From positions 75,268,001 through 75,332,000 of the forward strand of contig NC_043007.1 in NCBI RefSeq assembly GCF_006345805.1: DNA of 64,000 nt, in the 5' to 3' direction. The notes beneath the pieces are model-generated. The model was not told where the DNA came from and did not search any database. It saw only the letters and a program-made list of their open reading frames with translations. The DNA is from Octopus sinensis (Eukaryota). The position numbers were made by a program, and so were the translations under genes. Of the stretch, positions 1 through 12,450 are shown in pieces (the stretch's first letter is position 1; each line of letters starts with the position of its first letter).

Positions 1-646
1 TGGCATAGAAATTCCACACCTGGACAGGACGCCAGTCCGTCGCAGGATTACTCATTTTTGCCAGCTGAGTGGACTGGAGCAATGTGAAATAAAGTGTTTT
101 GCTCAAGAACACAACGCATCAACCAGTCTAGGAATCAAAACCACAATCTTACGATTATGAGTTCAACACCCTAACCACTAAGCCATGCCCCTCCACAAGT
201 TGGAAGACCATATCTGTTTCAATGCTGTTTTTCACAGCTCATTGCTTTTCCTAACACTCATCACTTTACAAAGTGTACTGAGTAGTTTTTATGGCACCAA
301 TTCTGTTGGTAGTCACCTTGCAGCTTGCATAACAAAGAAAAAAATATTACCCCCCCCCCCCCCGTGATGGTGGGAACAGATTTATTGTGAGAGGATGGAA
401 ATGGAGAGAATAATTGAGGGAACAGTTCAGGGTGGGAGTAAGGGAGACAGGAAAACAGGGAAGGGAAGGGAAGAGTAATATTAGGGAGGGGGACAAGGTA
501 GTGATGATAATGGAGTGGGTTGAGTAGGTGAACCCAGTGTTGAGGTTGAACGGTCTGCCATACCAGAATGGGTTGGCTAGTTAACAAGGGTCTAAGTTGT
601 GTCAGTTTATTTTTGAGAGGGGATGATAGCAGAGTGACTAATAGAG

Positions 647-876
647 GCGGCGAGCTGGCAGAAACGTTAGCGCGCTGGGCAAAAGGCTTAGCGGTATTTC
701 GTTTGTCGCTATGTTCTGAGTTCAAATTCCGCCGAGGTCGATTTTGCCTTTCATCCATTTGGGGTCGGTTAAATAAGTACCAGTTACGCACTGGGGTCGA
801 TATAATCGACTTAATCCATTTGTCTGTCCTTGTTTGTCCCCTCTGTGTGTAGCCCCTTGTGGGCAGTAAAGAAATA
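647..876 (+). mobile_element. tRNA-derived SINE family A (representative copy)
   Basis: A-box-like GGCGAGCTGG, B-box GAGTTCAAATTC and a 16-bp TSD with one mismatch (631-646 and 877-892). About 18 copies in the window, e.g. 7627-8011 (pair), 16760-16995, 21885-24320 (five), 28299-28499, 32140-32330, 45327-45545, 47345-47550, 48720-48910 and 53972-54205. Confidence 0.85.
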
Positions 877-3049
877 AGAGTGACTCATAGAGACAGTGCT
901 AGGAAAGAAGAAAGAAGTGAGGGTGATAAATGATATTAGGTGGGGATAAAGAGTGATGGGACAGTGGGAAGGGTTGAATTGGAGGAGATGCAGCACTACT
1001 CCACATTATAGATAGGTGTGTAGGAGATACAAGATGTGTGTGGTGGAGATATAAGATGATAATGAGGCACCAGGGTGTATCCTCAAAGTAACATATCGAA
1101 GATAGTATTGTAACTGGAGAATTGAGGGGCAAGGGTAAGGTTGCCAAAGTGTAATCCCTGAATTATGATACCCAAGTATCGTGATTCAGGAGGAAAGAAG
1201 AATATACACAGAGAAGGATTAAGGAAGGGAAATATACAATACTCACAAATTTGGTAGTTTCTTCTCATTTGTGGGCAACATGGCCATGCCTGGAACTTGT
1301 AAGCTGAAGAGACGATTGCTAAATGAGCAGTACATCATAGACCTAGTGGTTAGATGATGAAGTTACAGAATTAGTAATAGACAGTGGCATGCTTACACAA
1401 AACAATAAGTAAGGTGTAGTATGCACACTATCACACTATTCCAAGAAGTGTTTAACCATGTTTCATTAACCAATACTCTCTTCTGTTATCTCCTTATTAT
1501 TCTTTATTATATTATAACAGAAAGACTCATAATTTCCATATTCCGTGTTGTCATCATCATCATCATCATCATCATCATCGTTTAATGTCTGCTTTCCATG
1601 CTAGCATGGGTTGGACAGTTTGACTGAGGGCCGGTGAATCAGATGGCTGCACCAGGCTCCAGTCTTGATCTGGCAGAGTTTCTACAGCCGTATGCCATTC
1701 CTAATGCCAACCACTCCGAGAGTGTAGTGGATGTTTTTATCTGCCACAATCACGGGGGTGGGGGGGGAGTCTGGCGCTCGAATCTTTTTATGCCACTGGC
1801 ACAGGTGCCAGTAGGCGATGCTAGTAATGATCCCGCTCGAATGGTGCCTCTTACACGCCACTGGCACGGAAGCCAGTTAGCCGCTCTGGCAACAATCATG
1901 CTCGAATTGTGCTCTTAGCACACTACTAGCACAGGACACAAGGCTGTATGCTTCCATTTTTACATCTGCCAATCTAAGCTTGTTCTCTCTGAAATATATT
2001 TTGAAATATTATACAGAAGTTATCAGAAATGCACTTATCTCTATGTTTTTATAAACAATCATGTGTCTGATACGTGTATAAAGTGACTGTTTCATGCTCA
2101 TGTTTTTCGTTTCATTTCTGACTGTCAAGGGAATACTCCAAACGTCTTAAAACTTCATGCAAGAGAGATTATTCTACATTGTTGTTTATGCTATAGTTAA
2201 AAACAGTTCATTTGAAAACACTTTGGAACTAATGTTTTTTACTTCTGGAAAATCAAAGCAGCTCATATGTACACGAAAGGTGCTTACTTAGCTTCATGCA
2301 TACAAGATGCTAACAACACAGTTCTTTGGTTTAAACCATTACTGCTTGAAATGAAATTCTTCATTTTTCACTCAACCTACCATTTCTTGTATTGATTTCA
2401 GCATACCATTCTTTTATGGTTGTGCCATATCTACAACAGACCTAGTAGTTTTAAATTCATGAGGACTTGTCTCACTTAAGATGCATATAAATTTCCACAA
2501 ACATGTGCATTTTTTATCAAACCTGACAAATGAACATTTTGTTTCCATAAATCAATTTTTGAATGTCAATTTAATTGCCCTAATATATTGACTGTTTAGC
2601 TTTGTACACTATCAGCTTTGTCAAACCTTCTTTTATACAATCCACCTGTTTGTTTGTATGTTCCATTTAGCCTTGCAACATTATAATTGCTTATATAACA
2701 ACCAAAATTCTTACTGAGTAACTAACTTTTACACATTTTCTATTCAATATATTACTAAACTTATGGCCTGGTGGAAAATGATCATCAATGAAACTAAGGA
2801 ATTCTTCAGCTATATTAGTTCCTACTTCTTGATAAAATACTAGGTTGTATCCATAAAGTTTTCCTATTCCTATTCTTATACTGTGTACTCTCAGTGTTTT
2901 TTACATATCTGATCTTATTGGAGAACCCACTATATTTGCGTGCTTCACTATAATACCCTACTGCCCTCATAAAGGCATCTTCATCATATATACATTTTTC
3001 CATTGAAGATACATATATGCATATACACATGCACAGCAATCATTTAGAC

Positions 3050-3351
3050 CAGGAGTTCCCAACCAGAGTCCACATGGAACCCAGGGGTTCATAGAAGCTT
3101 TAAGGGGGTCCACGAGTAAAAAATTGTAATTTGTGGGTCCATATATAAATTTTGTTTACTAGGAGACATACCTGTATTATTTGAAATTTTCAGGATTTTT
3201 TGTATTCGGAATAAAACAAAATTGTTTCATTGTTAGTTTTTACTAACCTACAAATATTTATTTCAAAAATTTATATGTGCATGTATGGGGTCCACAGATG
3301 ATAAGATAGCTCTCAGGGGGTCCACAAGCAAAATAAGGTCGGGAACCCCTG
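3050..3351. mobile_element. hAT (Buster-type) MITE
   Basis: TIRs CAGGAGTTCCCAACC / GGTCGGGAACCCCTG. 8-bp TSD ATTTAGAC (nnnTAnnn) at 3042-3049 and 3352-3359. Confidence 0.85.
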
Positions 3352-3630
3352 ATTTAGACTAACATCCAAAAGATATCAGTCATTCACACAAATTGTACTA
3401 TTTATGCATTTTACTGTTTTATTTACAACCAACAAATAGTATCTGTTGGACAGTTATAAATTTCACCTGGAGAACAACTATTCAATCTTAAGAATGAGAT
3501 CTACTGTTGTATGAGAATAGTTTTATTTTGTTTATCTATTTATTTTGTAACTTATTTCTCTTGGAGCTTTCATTTTGTACAATAGGGCAAACACACTCTT
3601 CTCTGAATGTATTCAGCAAGATTGCACATA

Positions 3631-4902
3631 CAGGGTCAGGCAAAATGATCTGACACATTTGTAGGTTAAATAAAAGGCAAATGAAGTAAAGAAACAAAAA
3701 AAGTGTTTTTATTTTTGAAAAGTACATATAATGCCATTTTGTTTCATTATGTTTTAAAAATTAAATCAGTCAAATGGGATCCATTATTGTCCACACACTG
3801 TCGAAGGCGTTCACGAAAGTTGTCAATAACTCGGCGGGTCATTTCATGTGGAATGGCAGTAATTTCTTGACAAATTGCATCTTTAAGTTGTTCAATAGAT
3901 CGAGGGCGATTAATGTATACCTTTGACTTGAGGTATCCCCAGAGAAAAAAATCGCACGGATTTAAATCAGGTGAACGGGCGGGCCAACCGATGTCACCAC
4001 GCAATGAGATCAAATGACCAGGGAACATATTCCTCAAAATCCCCATCGCACGTCGAGAAGTGTGGGCTGTTACCCCATCCTGTTGAAACCAAACATTGTC
4101 CATATCATGGAGTATATTCAATTTTGGTCTGAGAAAAGTTTCTAGCATCTCACAATATCGATCAGAGTTCACAGTCACTGTAACGTTGTCTTCTTCGAAG
4201 AAGTACGGACCCCATATACCGAATTCTGCCACAGCACACCATACAGTCACCCGAGGACAATGCAAAGGGCGTTCATGCAACTCACGAGGGTTGTTCTCGG
4301 CCCAGTATCTGAAGTTTTGCTTATTCACTGTGCCACACAGGTGAAAATGTGCCTCGTCACTGAACAACACAACTGCTGCATGGGGGACATGTTGAATTTC
4401 CAAACACAATGCTCTGCGAGTTTCAGTGTCTCTTTCGCTGAGTTCTTGTGCCAAAATCATTTTGTATGGATGCATTTGAAGATCATTGTGAAGAATTCTT
4501 CGCAAACTTCTTTCAGAAAGTCTAAGAGCCTGGGCGCGTTTAAATGTGGAATGGCGTGGAGACTGTTGAACTGAAGCTCTTACCGCTGCCACATTTTCTG
4601 GAGTTCTGGCGGTGCGAGGTCGGCCGGTTGATTTTTGTTTCAATGCAGATCCAGTAGCTCTGAAGTTGGTAACCCATAACAAGATCGGGTTTCGAGCTGG
4701 TACGGGATCATGTCTACCAAGATTGAAGTGCAAATGGAACGCTCTTTGTGTTGCAGTTACAGAATCGTTTGTTTTGATAAACGTTTCCACAATGAAAGCG
4801 CGATGCTCACCAGTCCAATTCATGGCAGCAACTGAAAAAGAAATGAAAAACAATGCCTTTTATTTAACCTACAAATGTGTCAGATCATTTTGCCTGACCC
4901 TG
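3631..4902 (-). mobile_element. Full-length Tc1/mariner DD41D (rosa/Visitor-type) DNA transposon, 1272 bp
   Basis: Perfect 49-bp TIRs (CAGGGTCAGGCAAAATGATCTGACACATTTGTAGGTTAAATAAAAGGCA), TA at 3629-3630 and 4903-4904, and an uninterrupted transposase ORF. Confidence 0.96.
3747..4823 (-). CDS. DD41D transposase (358 aa from ATG at 4823)
   Basis: N-terminal HTH region with GRPR. Catalytic motifs FSDEAHF, WFQQDG and WPARSPDLNPCDFFLWG, with 41 residues between the second and third Asp. Confidence 0.93.
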   Translation of the reverse strand: MNWTGEHRAFIVETFIKTNDSVTATQRAFHLHFNLGRHDPVPARNPILLWVTNFRATGSALKQKSTGRPRTARTPENVAAVRASVQQSPRHSTFKRAQALRLSERSLRRILHNDLQMHPYKMILAQELSERDTETRRALCLEIQHVPHAAVVLFSDEAHFHLCGTVNKQNFRYWAENNPRELHERPLHCPRVTVWCAVAEFGIWGPYFFEEDNVTVTVNSDRYCEMLETFLRPKLNILHDMDNVWFQQDGVTAHTSRRAMGILRNMFPGHLISLRGDIGWPARSPDLNPCDFFLWGYLKSKVYINRPRSIEQLKDAICQEITAIPHEMTRRVIDNFRERLRQCVDNNGSHLTDLIFKT

Positions 4903-5095
4903 TATATGTATTTGTAAGTGTATGTACATAAATATATATATATATATTTATACAAACACACACACACACACACACACATGTATGCATACATACATGCATG
5001 CTTTCATACATACATACATACATACATACATCAGAAAAGAAAAAAAGGCACATGTATATTTGCCAGTATACAATTTCAAAATTCATTACAACCAA

Positions 5096-5262
5096 TTTTA
5101 CCAACTGGTTTTGCACTGGATATTAGATATCTGGATTGTCATCTACTGACTGTGCTCATCAGAGATGGTAGGTTTTTTTTTTTCCATTCCTGCTATTCCT
5201 GATGAGCATATGATATAACTGACCATTTAACTAATATCTGATGTGAAACCAGTTGGTAAAAT
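5096..5262. ncRNA. Inverted pair of decayed minimal hammerhead-ribozyme-like motifs
   Basis: Minus copy: CTGATGA(5162-5156)-GCAC...GTGC-AAAAC-CAGTT. Plus copy: CTGATGA(5199-5205)-GCAT...ATGT-GAAAC-CAGTT. Stem II is conserved and stem I is weak. Confidence 0.5.
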
Positions 5263-6188
5263 CAACCAAATGGATCTCTAATACTGTATACTTTGAAACT
5301 TGCTTCAAAACTACATAGCCACGGGTTCAGTCCCACTGCATGGTACCTTAGGCAAGTGTCTTCTACAATATCTTCAGACCAACCAAAGTCTTGTTAGTGG
5401 ATTTGATATAGTCCTGGGGGTGATTTGTTAGACTAAAACCCTTCAAGGTGGTACCACAGCATGTCCATCGAATCACTGAAACAAATAAAAATATGTATGT
5501 ATGTATGTGTCTATATATATATATATATTTGTATAATATAGATAGATAGATAGATGTATACGCACACACACATATATACATGCACAGACATATATATATA
5601 TATACATATATGCACACACACACACATACAAGCACTAGCAATTGCCACAATGTATGTGCATGTGAGCACATGAAGCATTCTACAAATATCACTTGCTTTT
5701 CTTATCACTGCTATGGTGACCTATTTAGAAGGCCCAATGCCAGCCATGTAAGAAGACATTGTATATGTAACTAGAAAGCATTATGCAAATGTTTGCATGA
5801 TTTGCATAATTTATTCAATATACAAATAAACCTCATCATTTTAAACTTGTATGTGAGCCTGTATATATTTCTGTAGAAGATTTTTTTTTTAGCAGAACTT
5901 GTCTTGTTTTGTTATGGTTACTTCTCACATGTCTATGAAGATTTATTTGCATTGTCATGCAAGGCAGACCAAGTCATTTACACTAAGTAGCTTAAGTATT
6001 AGGTGAATACATTTTATAGAAAAACCAAAAGCAAAATGGTTATCATTGGAAGAATATTATTTAATTCTGTTTGATGTTAAATCAATAACGCTTATGTATG
6101 AGCATTAATTGTTCTGAGAATTTTAAATCTCATAAACGCAGCAGAGAAGTGGCCATTCTTCTTGAAATAGCCATCGTGTAAGAAGAAC

Positions 6189-6310
6189 TATTGGGTTATC
6201 CGGAAAGTCCGTGCCGATTTTTAAAGGAAAGAAAAAGGTCAATAAACACATGCCATTACATTTTTAATCAACCAAATATGTTTTGCTGCACAATGCGTCT
6301 CCACCTTTCC
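6189..6310. mobile_element. Truncated mariner-like terminus
   Basis: TA followed by TTGGGTTATCCGGAAAGTCCGTGCCGATTT resembles mariner TIRs. No partner TIR was found. Confidence 0.4.
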
Positions 6311-9300
6311 CATGCTAGCATGGGTTGGACGATTTGACAGAGGACTGGTGAATCAGATGACTGCACCAGGCTCCAATCTTGATCTGGCAGTTTCTACAGC
6401 TGGAGGCCCTTCCTAATGCTAACCACCCCGAGAGTGTAGTGGGTGCTTTTACATGCCACCGGCACGAGGGCCAGTCAGGCGGTACTGGCAACGGCCATGC
6501 TCAAATGGTGTTTTTTACATACCACCTGCACAGGAGCCAGTCCATTGGCACTGGCAACAACCTCGCTCAAATGTTTTTCCACATGCCACTGGCACAAATG
6601 CTAGTAAGGCGATGCTGGTAATGATCATGCTCAAATGGTGCTTTAACAAGAACTCTTTCATAGCCATATTTCTATTAAACTCCACTGCCTATATTAATTA
6701 ACTTCAAAATTAATCAAGAAATTTGAGGGGCTTTGTAAAATAATTAACTTTTTCATTATTAAACTGGTGTTTAGAGCGTAACAAAAACATTCTGACAAAA
6801 TTATGATGAAAGGTTTTAATTTAAACATGGATATTTTAATATAGTTTGGTATCATAGGACAAGAGGCCATTGTGAGCTAATTGATATCAAAACAGTGAAA
6901 TAAAAAATACCTCACTATCTTCCAAATTATTCCCTTTGTTTCTTTTTCTGATGACTTGGTTTTGTTACCTCATTGTTTCTAGTTGTGGATGTTTGGATAG
7001 GAAGTTTGTTTTCTGGTGCTGCATCGGTTACGATTAGTGTTCTGATCGATCTAATCAACAGAACAGCCTGCTCATGAAATTAACATGCAAGTGGCTGAGC
7101 ACTCCACAGACATAGTTCTCAAGCTTAGTACTTATTCTATCAGTCTCTTTTATTGAACCGCTAAATTACAGGGATGTAAACACACCAACATCAGTTGTTA
7201 AGTGACGGTGGAGGGGACAGACACAGACATACAAATACACACACACACAACGAACTTCTTTCAGCTTCCATCTTTGGTTGACCCAAGGCTATACTAGAAG
7301 ACACTCACCCAAGGTGCCACACAGTGGGACTGAACCCATAACCATGTAATTGGGAAGCATGCTTCTTACCACACAGCTATGCCTGTGCCTATTATATTAT
7401 CAATCTTTATTTAACAAATGGCTATGTGAAACCTTTCTTAACATAAAGGTACACACTGTTTTACACTAGCCTGCTGAAAGAAAGGTGGCGAGCTGGCAGA
7501 GGGAGGGGGTTCTTAATCAATTACATCGACCCCACTGCGTAACTGGTACTTATTTCATTGACTTTGATGAAAGGCAAAGTTGACCTTGGCACAATCTGAA
7601 TTCAGAACAGAGCGATAGGTGAAATACCTATTTCTTTACTACCCACAAGGGGCTAAACACAGAGGAGACAAACAAGGACAGACAGACGGATTAAGTTGAT
7701 TATATCGACCCCAGTGTGTAACTGGTACTTAGTTAATCGACCCCAAAAGGATGAAAGGCAAAATCGACCTTGGCGGAATTTGAAGTCAGAATGTAGCGGC
7801 CTATGAAATCCGCTAAGCATTATTAGGTATTTTGTCTGCTGCTATGTTCTGAGTTCAAATTCCTCCGAGGTCGACTTTGCCTTTCATCCTTTCGGGGTCG
7901 ATTAAATAAGTACCAGTTACTCACTGGGGTTGATGTTATCGACTTAATCCCTTTGTCTGTCCTTGTTTGTCCCCTCTGTGTTTAGCCCCTTGTGGGCAAT
8001 AAAGAAATAAGAAACTGAAAGAAGTCCATCATATATGTGCGTGTGTCTGTGGTTGCACCCCCATCACCACTCGACAAGCAGTGCTTGTGTGTTTACATCC
8101 CCATAACTTAAAAAAAGAGACCGATAGAATAAGTAGCAGTCTTTTAAAAAAATAATACTGGGATTATTCTCTTTTACTTGTTTCAGTCATTTGACTGTGG
8201 CCATGCTGGAGCACCGCCTTTAGTCACTTACTCTATCAGTCAAAAATGTATCAGGTTCTACCGGGTTGATTCATTCAATTCAAAAATTCTCCAAGCTGGT
8301 GCCCCAGCATGGATGCAGTCTAATGACTGAAACAAGTAAAAGATAAAAAATATTTAATGCGTTCTGAGCTTATATAAGATGACAGGAAGCAATTCGAGGG
8401 AAATCTGACTGCTTTTTCTAGCAAGTCAAGTGGCCACATAGAGAGTCCTTCATTGACTCATTAACAATCTGTTTAGATATAGAGTGGTGGGTGACAAATC
8501 TTTATTTTTTTTGTTATTTTTTATTTGTTTCAGTCATTAAACTGCGGCCATGCTGGGGCATCACCTTGAAGAATTTTTAGTCAAATGAATCAACTCCAGT
8601 ACTTATTTTGTTTTTTAAGCCTGATACTTATTCTATCTGTTTCTTTTGCTGAACTGCTACGTTATAGGGACATAAACACACCAACACTGGTTGTCAAGTG
8701 AGGTGTGGGGAGGACATAGACACAGAAACAAACACATACACACACACACATGTATAAATATATCTATATATATACAGAGAGAGAGAGAGAGACAGAGAGA
8801 GGAAATATGATGGCTTCTTTCAGTCTCTGTCTACCAAATCCACTTACAAGGCTTTGGTTGGCCCAAGGCACTTGGTCAAGGTGCCATGCAGTGATACTGA
8901 ACTTAGAATCATGTGATATCTTGTCACACCTGTGCCTTTTGTTTGCAACCTTTAATATAAACCTAATTTTTACCTGCAAAGTGTGATCTCTCCCCCCACC
9001 CCCAATTTATCTGATTCTATTATTGAAATGCTATTTCTAGTTTTAAGAGACGGAGAATTCAATTGTTTGGAAGTGTTCCATTTAATTTCTTAGAAACCAT
9101 TCTATCGTTTCTGAGCAATTGCTAAATAAATTATGGTTTTAACGATAATTATAATTATGGTATAAATTTAGTCTGCAAACAAATGAGATGAATACTAAAC
9201 ACTAATCTAGCAAACAAATTCTTTGGCTGTGAGTAAAAAAAAATTCCAGAAACTGAACATAGAAATGGTTGACAAAAGGTAGTGAGAGGCAAAACAAGGG

Positions 9301-10660
9301 AATTTCTTTTGAGTTGGGATGTTCAACAATGGATTCTGTGAATTTTTATGGTAACAATGGAATCTACACAAAAGTGTTTTCTATTTATTATTTGTCTGCA
9401 TGGTAGTGGGTGCAAAATAAGGAAGGAACAGAGAGAAATGGCAGTGAGGAAGAAGAATGTGAAAATAAAATATATATAAAAAAAAAAAAAATTAAATGTG
9501 TTGGAGAGAATTCAAAGAATAAAACTATAAAATATTGATTAAAAGAGAACATTTCTCAATTTAACTATTTTCTCTAATGTTTGGAAATAAAAAAGAGAAA
9601 ACAGAAAAATCAATTACCTAATTTATATTAATGCAACTCTCAGAATGGATAAACACCTTTGATATGTCATAAAAGACCGAATTCCTCATAATAATGGAAC
9701 TATATTGTTAACAACTTTTGATGGTGTGTATTATACAGATTAAAGAAAAATATTTTATAAATTCCTCCAAATTCTTCATTTAGAGTATTTGCATGGTAAA
9801 TCACGAGTAACTTTATAGGGCAGAATACATTAGAATTTGGGGAGGGGAATATCTTTTTTTTTTTAATCTTTTATTTGTTTCAGTCATTAGGCTGTGGCCA
9901 TTTTGGAGCACCACCTTGAAAAATTTTAGTCAAACAAATTGACCCTACTACTTATTTTTTTAAGGCTGACACTTATTTCATCAGTTTCTTCTGCCAAACT
10001 GCTAAGTTACAAGTGGTGGGGAACAAACAGACACAAAGACACACTCATACACATGGTGGACTTCTTTAAGTTTCCATCTATCAAATTACTCACAAGGCTT
10101 TGGTTAGCCCAAGGCTATACTAGAAGACACTCGCCCAAGGTGCCATGCAGTAGGACTGAACAATGAACTGTGTGGTTGGGAAGCAAGCTTCTTACAATAG
10201 AGCCACACCTGTGATTTTTTTTATAAAGAACATTTGCATAGTCAAAATCAAATAACAACATTGGAAATCTCAGTTACCATTGATTAAAAATTATTTTCAA
10301 CTTACTACCACAAGTCTGGAAGCCAGCACTTGACTATATATTCTTCATGCCGAAGGCACCCTTGGAAAATTTCTAATATATTATTTTAATTGTCTGATCA
10401 GTGAATGATCATCACTCAAAATCTGTTTCTGTTTTTCTGAGATCTTGGTACCCATGGAATTGAATCTGCACACTGAAGAGCCCCAATAAGACTGGAGCAT
10501 ATCTGAAGTTGTCATACCAGGGCTCCAAAGACTAGTCAGATGCATCCAACTAATTTTGAGAGATGAGATTGAAATGTCAAGAGTTCTCTTCCTTGTTCCT
10601 GCTGAGAATAGTTTTCAGCTAAACATGTTTTCTTCTCACTGGGGTTATAATTTCCATTAA

Positions 10661-10889
10661 TTAACCCTTTCGTTACCAACCCGGCTGAAACCACCTCTGA
10701 CTCTGTAGTACACATGTCTTGTTTTCCTAAGTTTTGAATGAAAATCTTCCTCTAAACCTTAGTCACAATTTATGTTCCTAAAACTAGCTTAATGATAACT
10801 AAGTTATTTTACTAAATTCTTTGTTATATTTAAAGTAATTGAAAGAAACACAGAGCATCTCAAAATAAATACAGTAATGAAAGAGTTAA
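10661..10889. mobile_element. piggyBac-type MITE (TTAA-CCCTTT termini)
   Basis: TTAACCCTTTCGTTAC...GTAATGAAAGAGTTAA. Copies in the opposite orientation at 26081-26298 and 43546-43768. Confidence 0.8.
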
Positions 10890-10959
10890 GAAATATCTTT
10901 TAGCTCACAACCTCATGTAAGGTAGACTTCATACTCATGCATATCAAATAATACATACA

Positions 10960-11180
10960 TCTCTATATATATAAACGGCAAAATGTTTGTGTGTGTGTCC
11001 TTTATACAAATCCACAATTTTTCAGTTAGAGGGCTCGCACTTTCTATGGTCATTCAAAACTATCTAAGGGTGGTCGTGTACATCTTTACATTTCCCCAGT
11101 CACCACGCAAAGCCATTAAAAAATCAATAGAAGTGACTTTTTTGTGAATTTTCTATCCAAAACCCGGGTCATAGTGCTAG
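10960..11180 (+). mobile_element. Non-autonomous Helitron (internally deleted)
   Basis: A|TC at 10959-10961 and CTAG|T at 11177-11181. Termini shared with the three copies below. Confidence 0.7.
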
Positions 11181-12315
11181 TTTATATTAAACTTGGTCCT
11201 ATATGCTAAGACATGGAAGACATCCACTGCAGAAGTCTTGTTTCAGAAACACATTTCTCCTTATAAGCTTTGTGTGCAAAAACACATTGTGCCAGGGTCT
11301 GAATGACTTCAGTAGACCAGCTTGACACATATTTCAGAGTGATTATACTGCCTCAGTGATAGACACCATTTCAATCATTCATTCATAGCCATGTCTAAAC
11401 TTCTATTTCTGCATGTAAACTACAAATAATACAGCCTCTGACATGTGCGGAGGCTTTCTTTATGGAGATCTAATTAATTCATATTTTGCTTTTGGATTTG
11501 GTTTGCAAGATTCTTTATATCAGTTCGTGTGTTGAAGCATATTCAGTTGTGTCTGGGGAGAGTCGTTTTCTTTTTGTGTCTTATAATGTAACACACTCAC
11601 CTTACATTATAAGGCACAAAAAGAAAATGACTCTCCCCAGACACAACAGAATAATTAATTTATGTTAAGCACACAAAGCAATGATGGTCAAAATAATGAT
11701 GTGTACATTAAGAGCCTGTTAAATATACATGTACACATAGTTATTTTGATTTTTTTTTTATTGTTGCTGCATCATCATCACCATCAGTAACATCCATTTT
11801 CCATGCTGGCATGGATGGATTGGATGGTTTGACAGAAGCTGGCTAGGCCAGGAGCCATAGCAGGCTCCATAGTCTATTTTGGCATGGTCTCTACAGCTGG
11901 ATGCCCTTCCTAGTGCCAACCACTTCACATAGTATATTGGGTGCTTTTTATATGGTACCAACACCAGTGCTTTTTATGTGGCACTATTGCTAGTGTTTAC
12001 ATGTGGCACCAGCATCTACAGCTTGACAAACCTCTGCATGCAACAAATGTATTATTTACTGAAATAGTGTCTGTCACTGAGCTGACATAATCACAGCAAG
12101 TCTTAAAGTCTTTCTTCAAATATGGACTACCCACTGATATTCTATTTCACTGTATACTGGCACAAGCATGGCTGCCTAGTTAAAAAGCTCACTTTATTAA
12201 TATATATACATATATATATATATAAAGGTAAAGTTTGCTAAAATAAACATAAGATGAAGGCAGGTGGTGTACAAACAAACAAATGTATTAGTATAGCGCC
12301 CAGGAATAGAAAAAG

Positions 12316-12353
12316 TCTTTTACGTTTCGAGCCTACGCTCTTCGACAGAAAGA
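12316..12353 (-). ncRNA. Minimal type I hammerhead-like motif with variant core CUGUCGA
   Basis: Minus strand reads TCTTT-CTGTCGA-A-GAGC(GTAG)GCTC-GAAAC-GTA-AAAGA: 5-bp stem I, 4-bp stem II, palindromic ACGT stem III and a GUA triplet. Confidence 0.65.
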
Positions 12354-12418
12354 TACACAGAAAAAAACAAGGAGAGAAAAAAAATGTGTATAGTAGCTAA
12401 CGATCTATCATGGCATCT

Positions 12419-12450
<32 letters not shown>

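Noticed and set aside
261-1350. ORFs 261-791, 899-1147 and 1083-1268 on the minus strand
   Set aside because: Low-complexity pyrimidine-rich sequence crossing a SINE. At most a very decayed LINE RT (RYLGIII); no gene structure.
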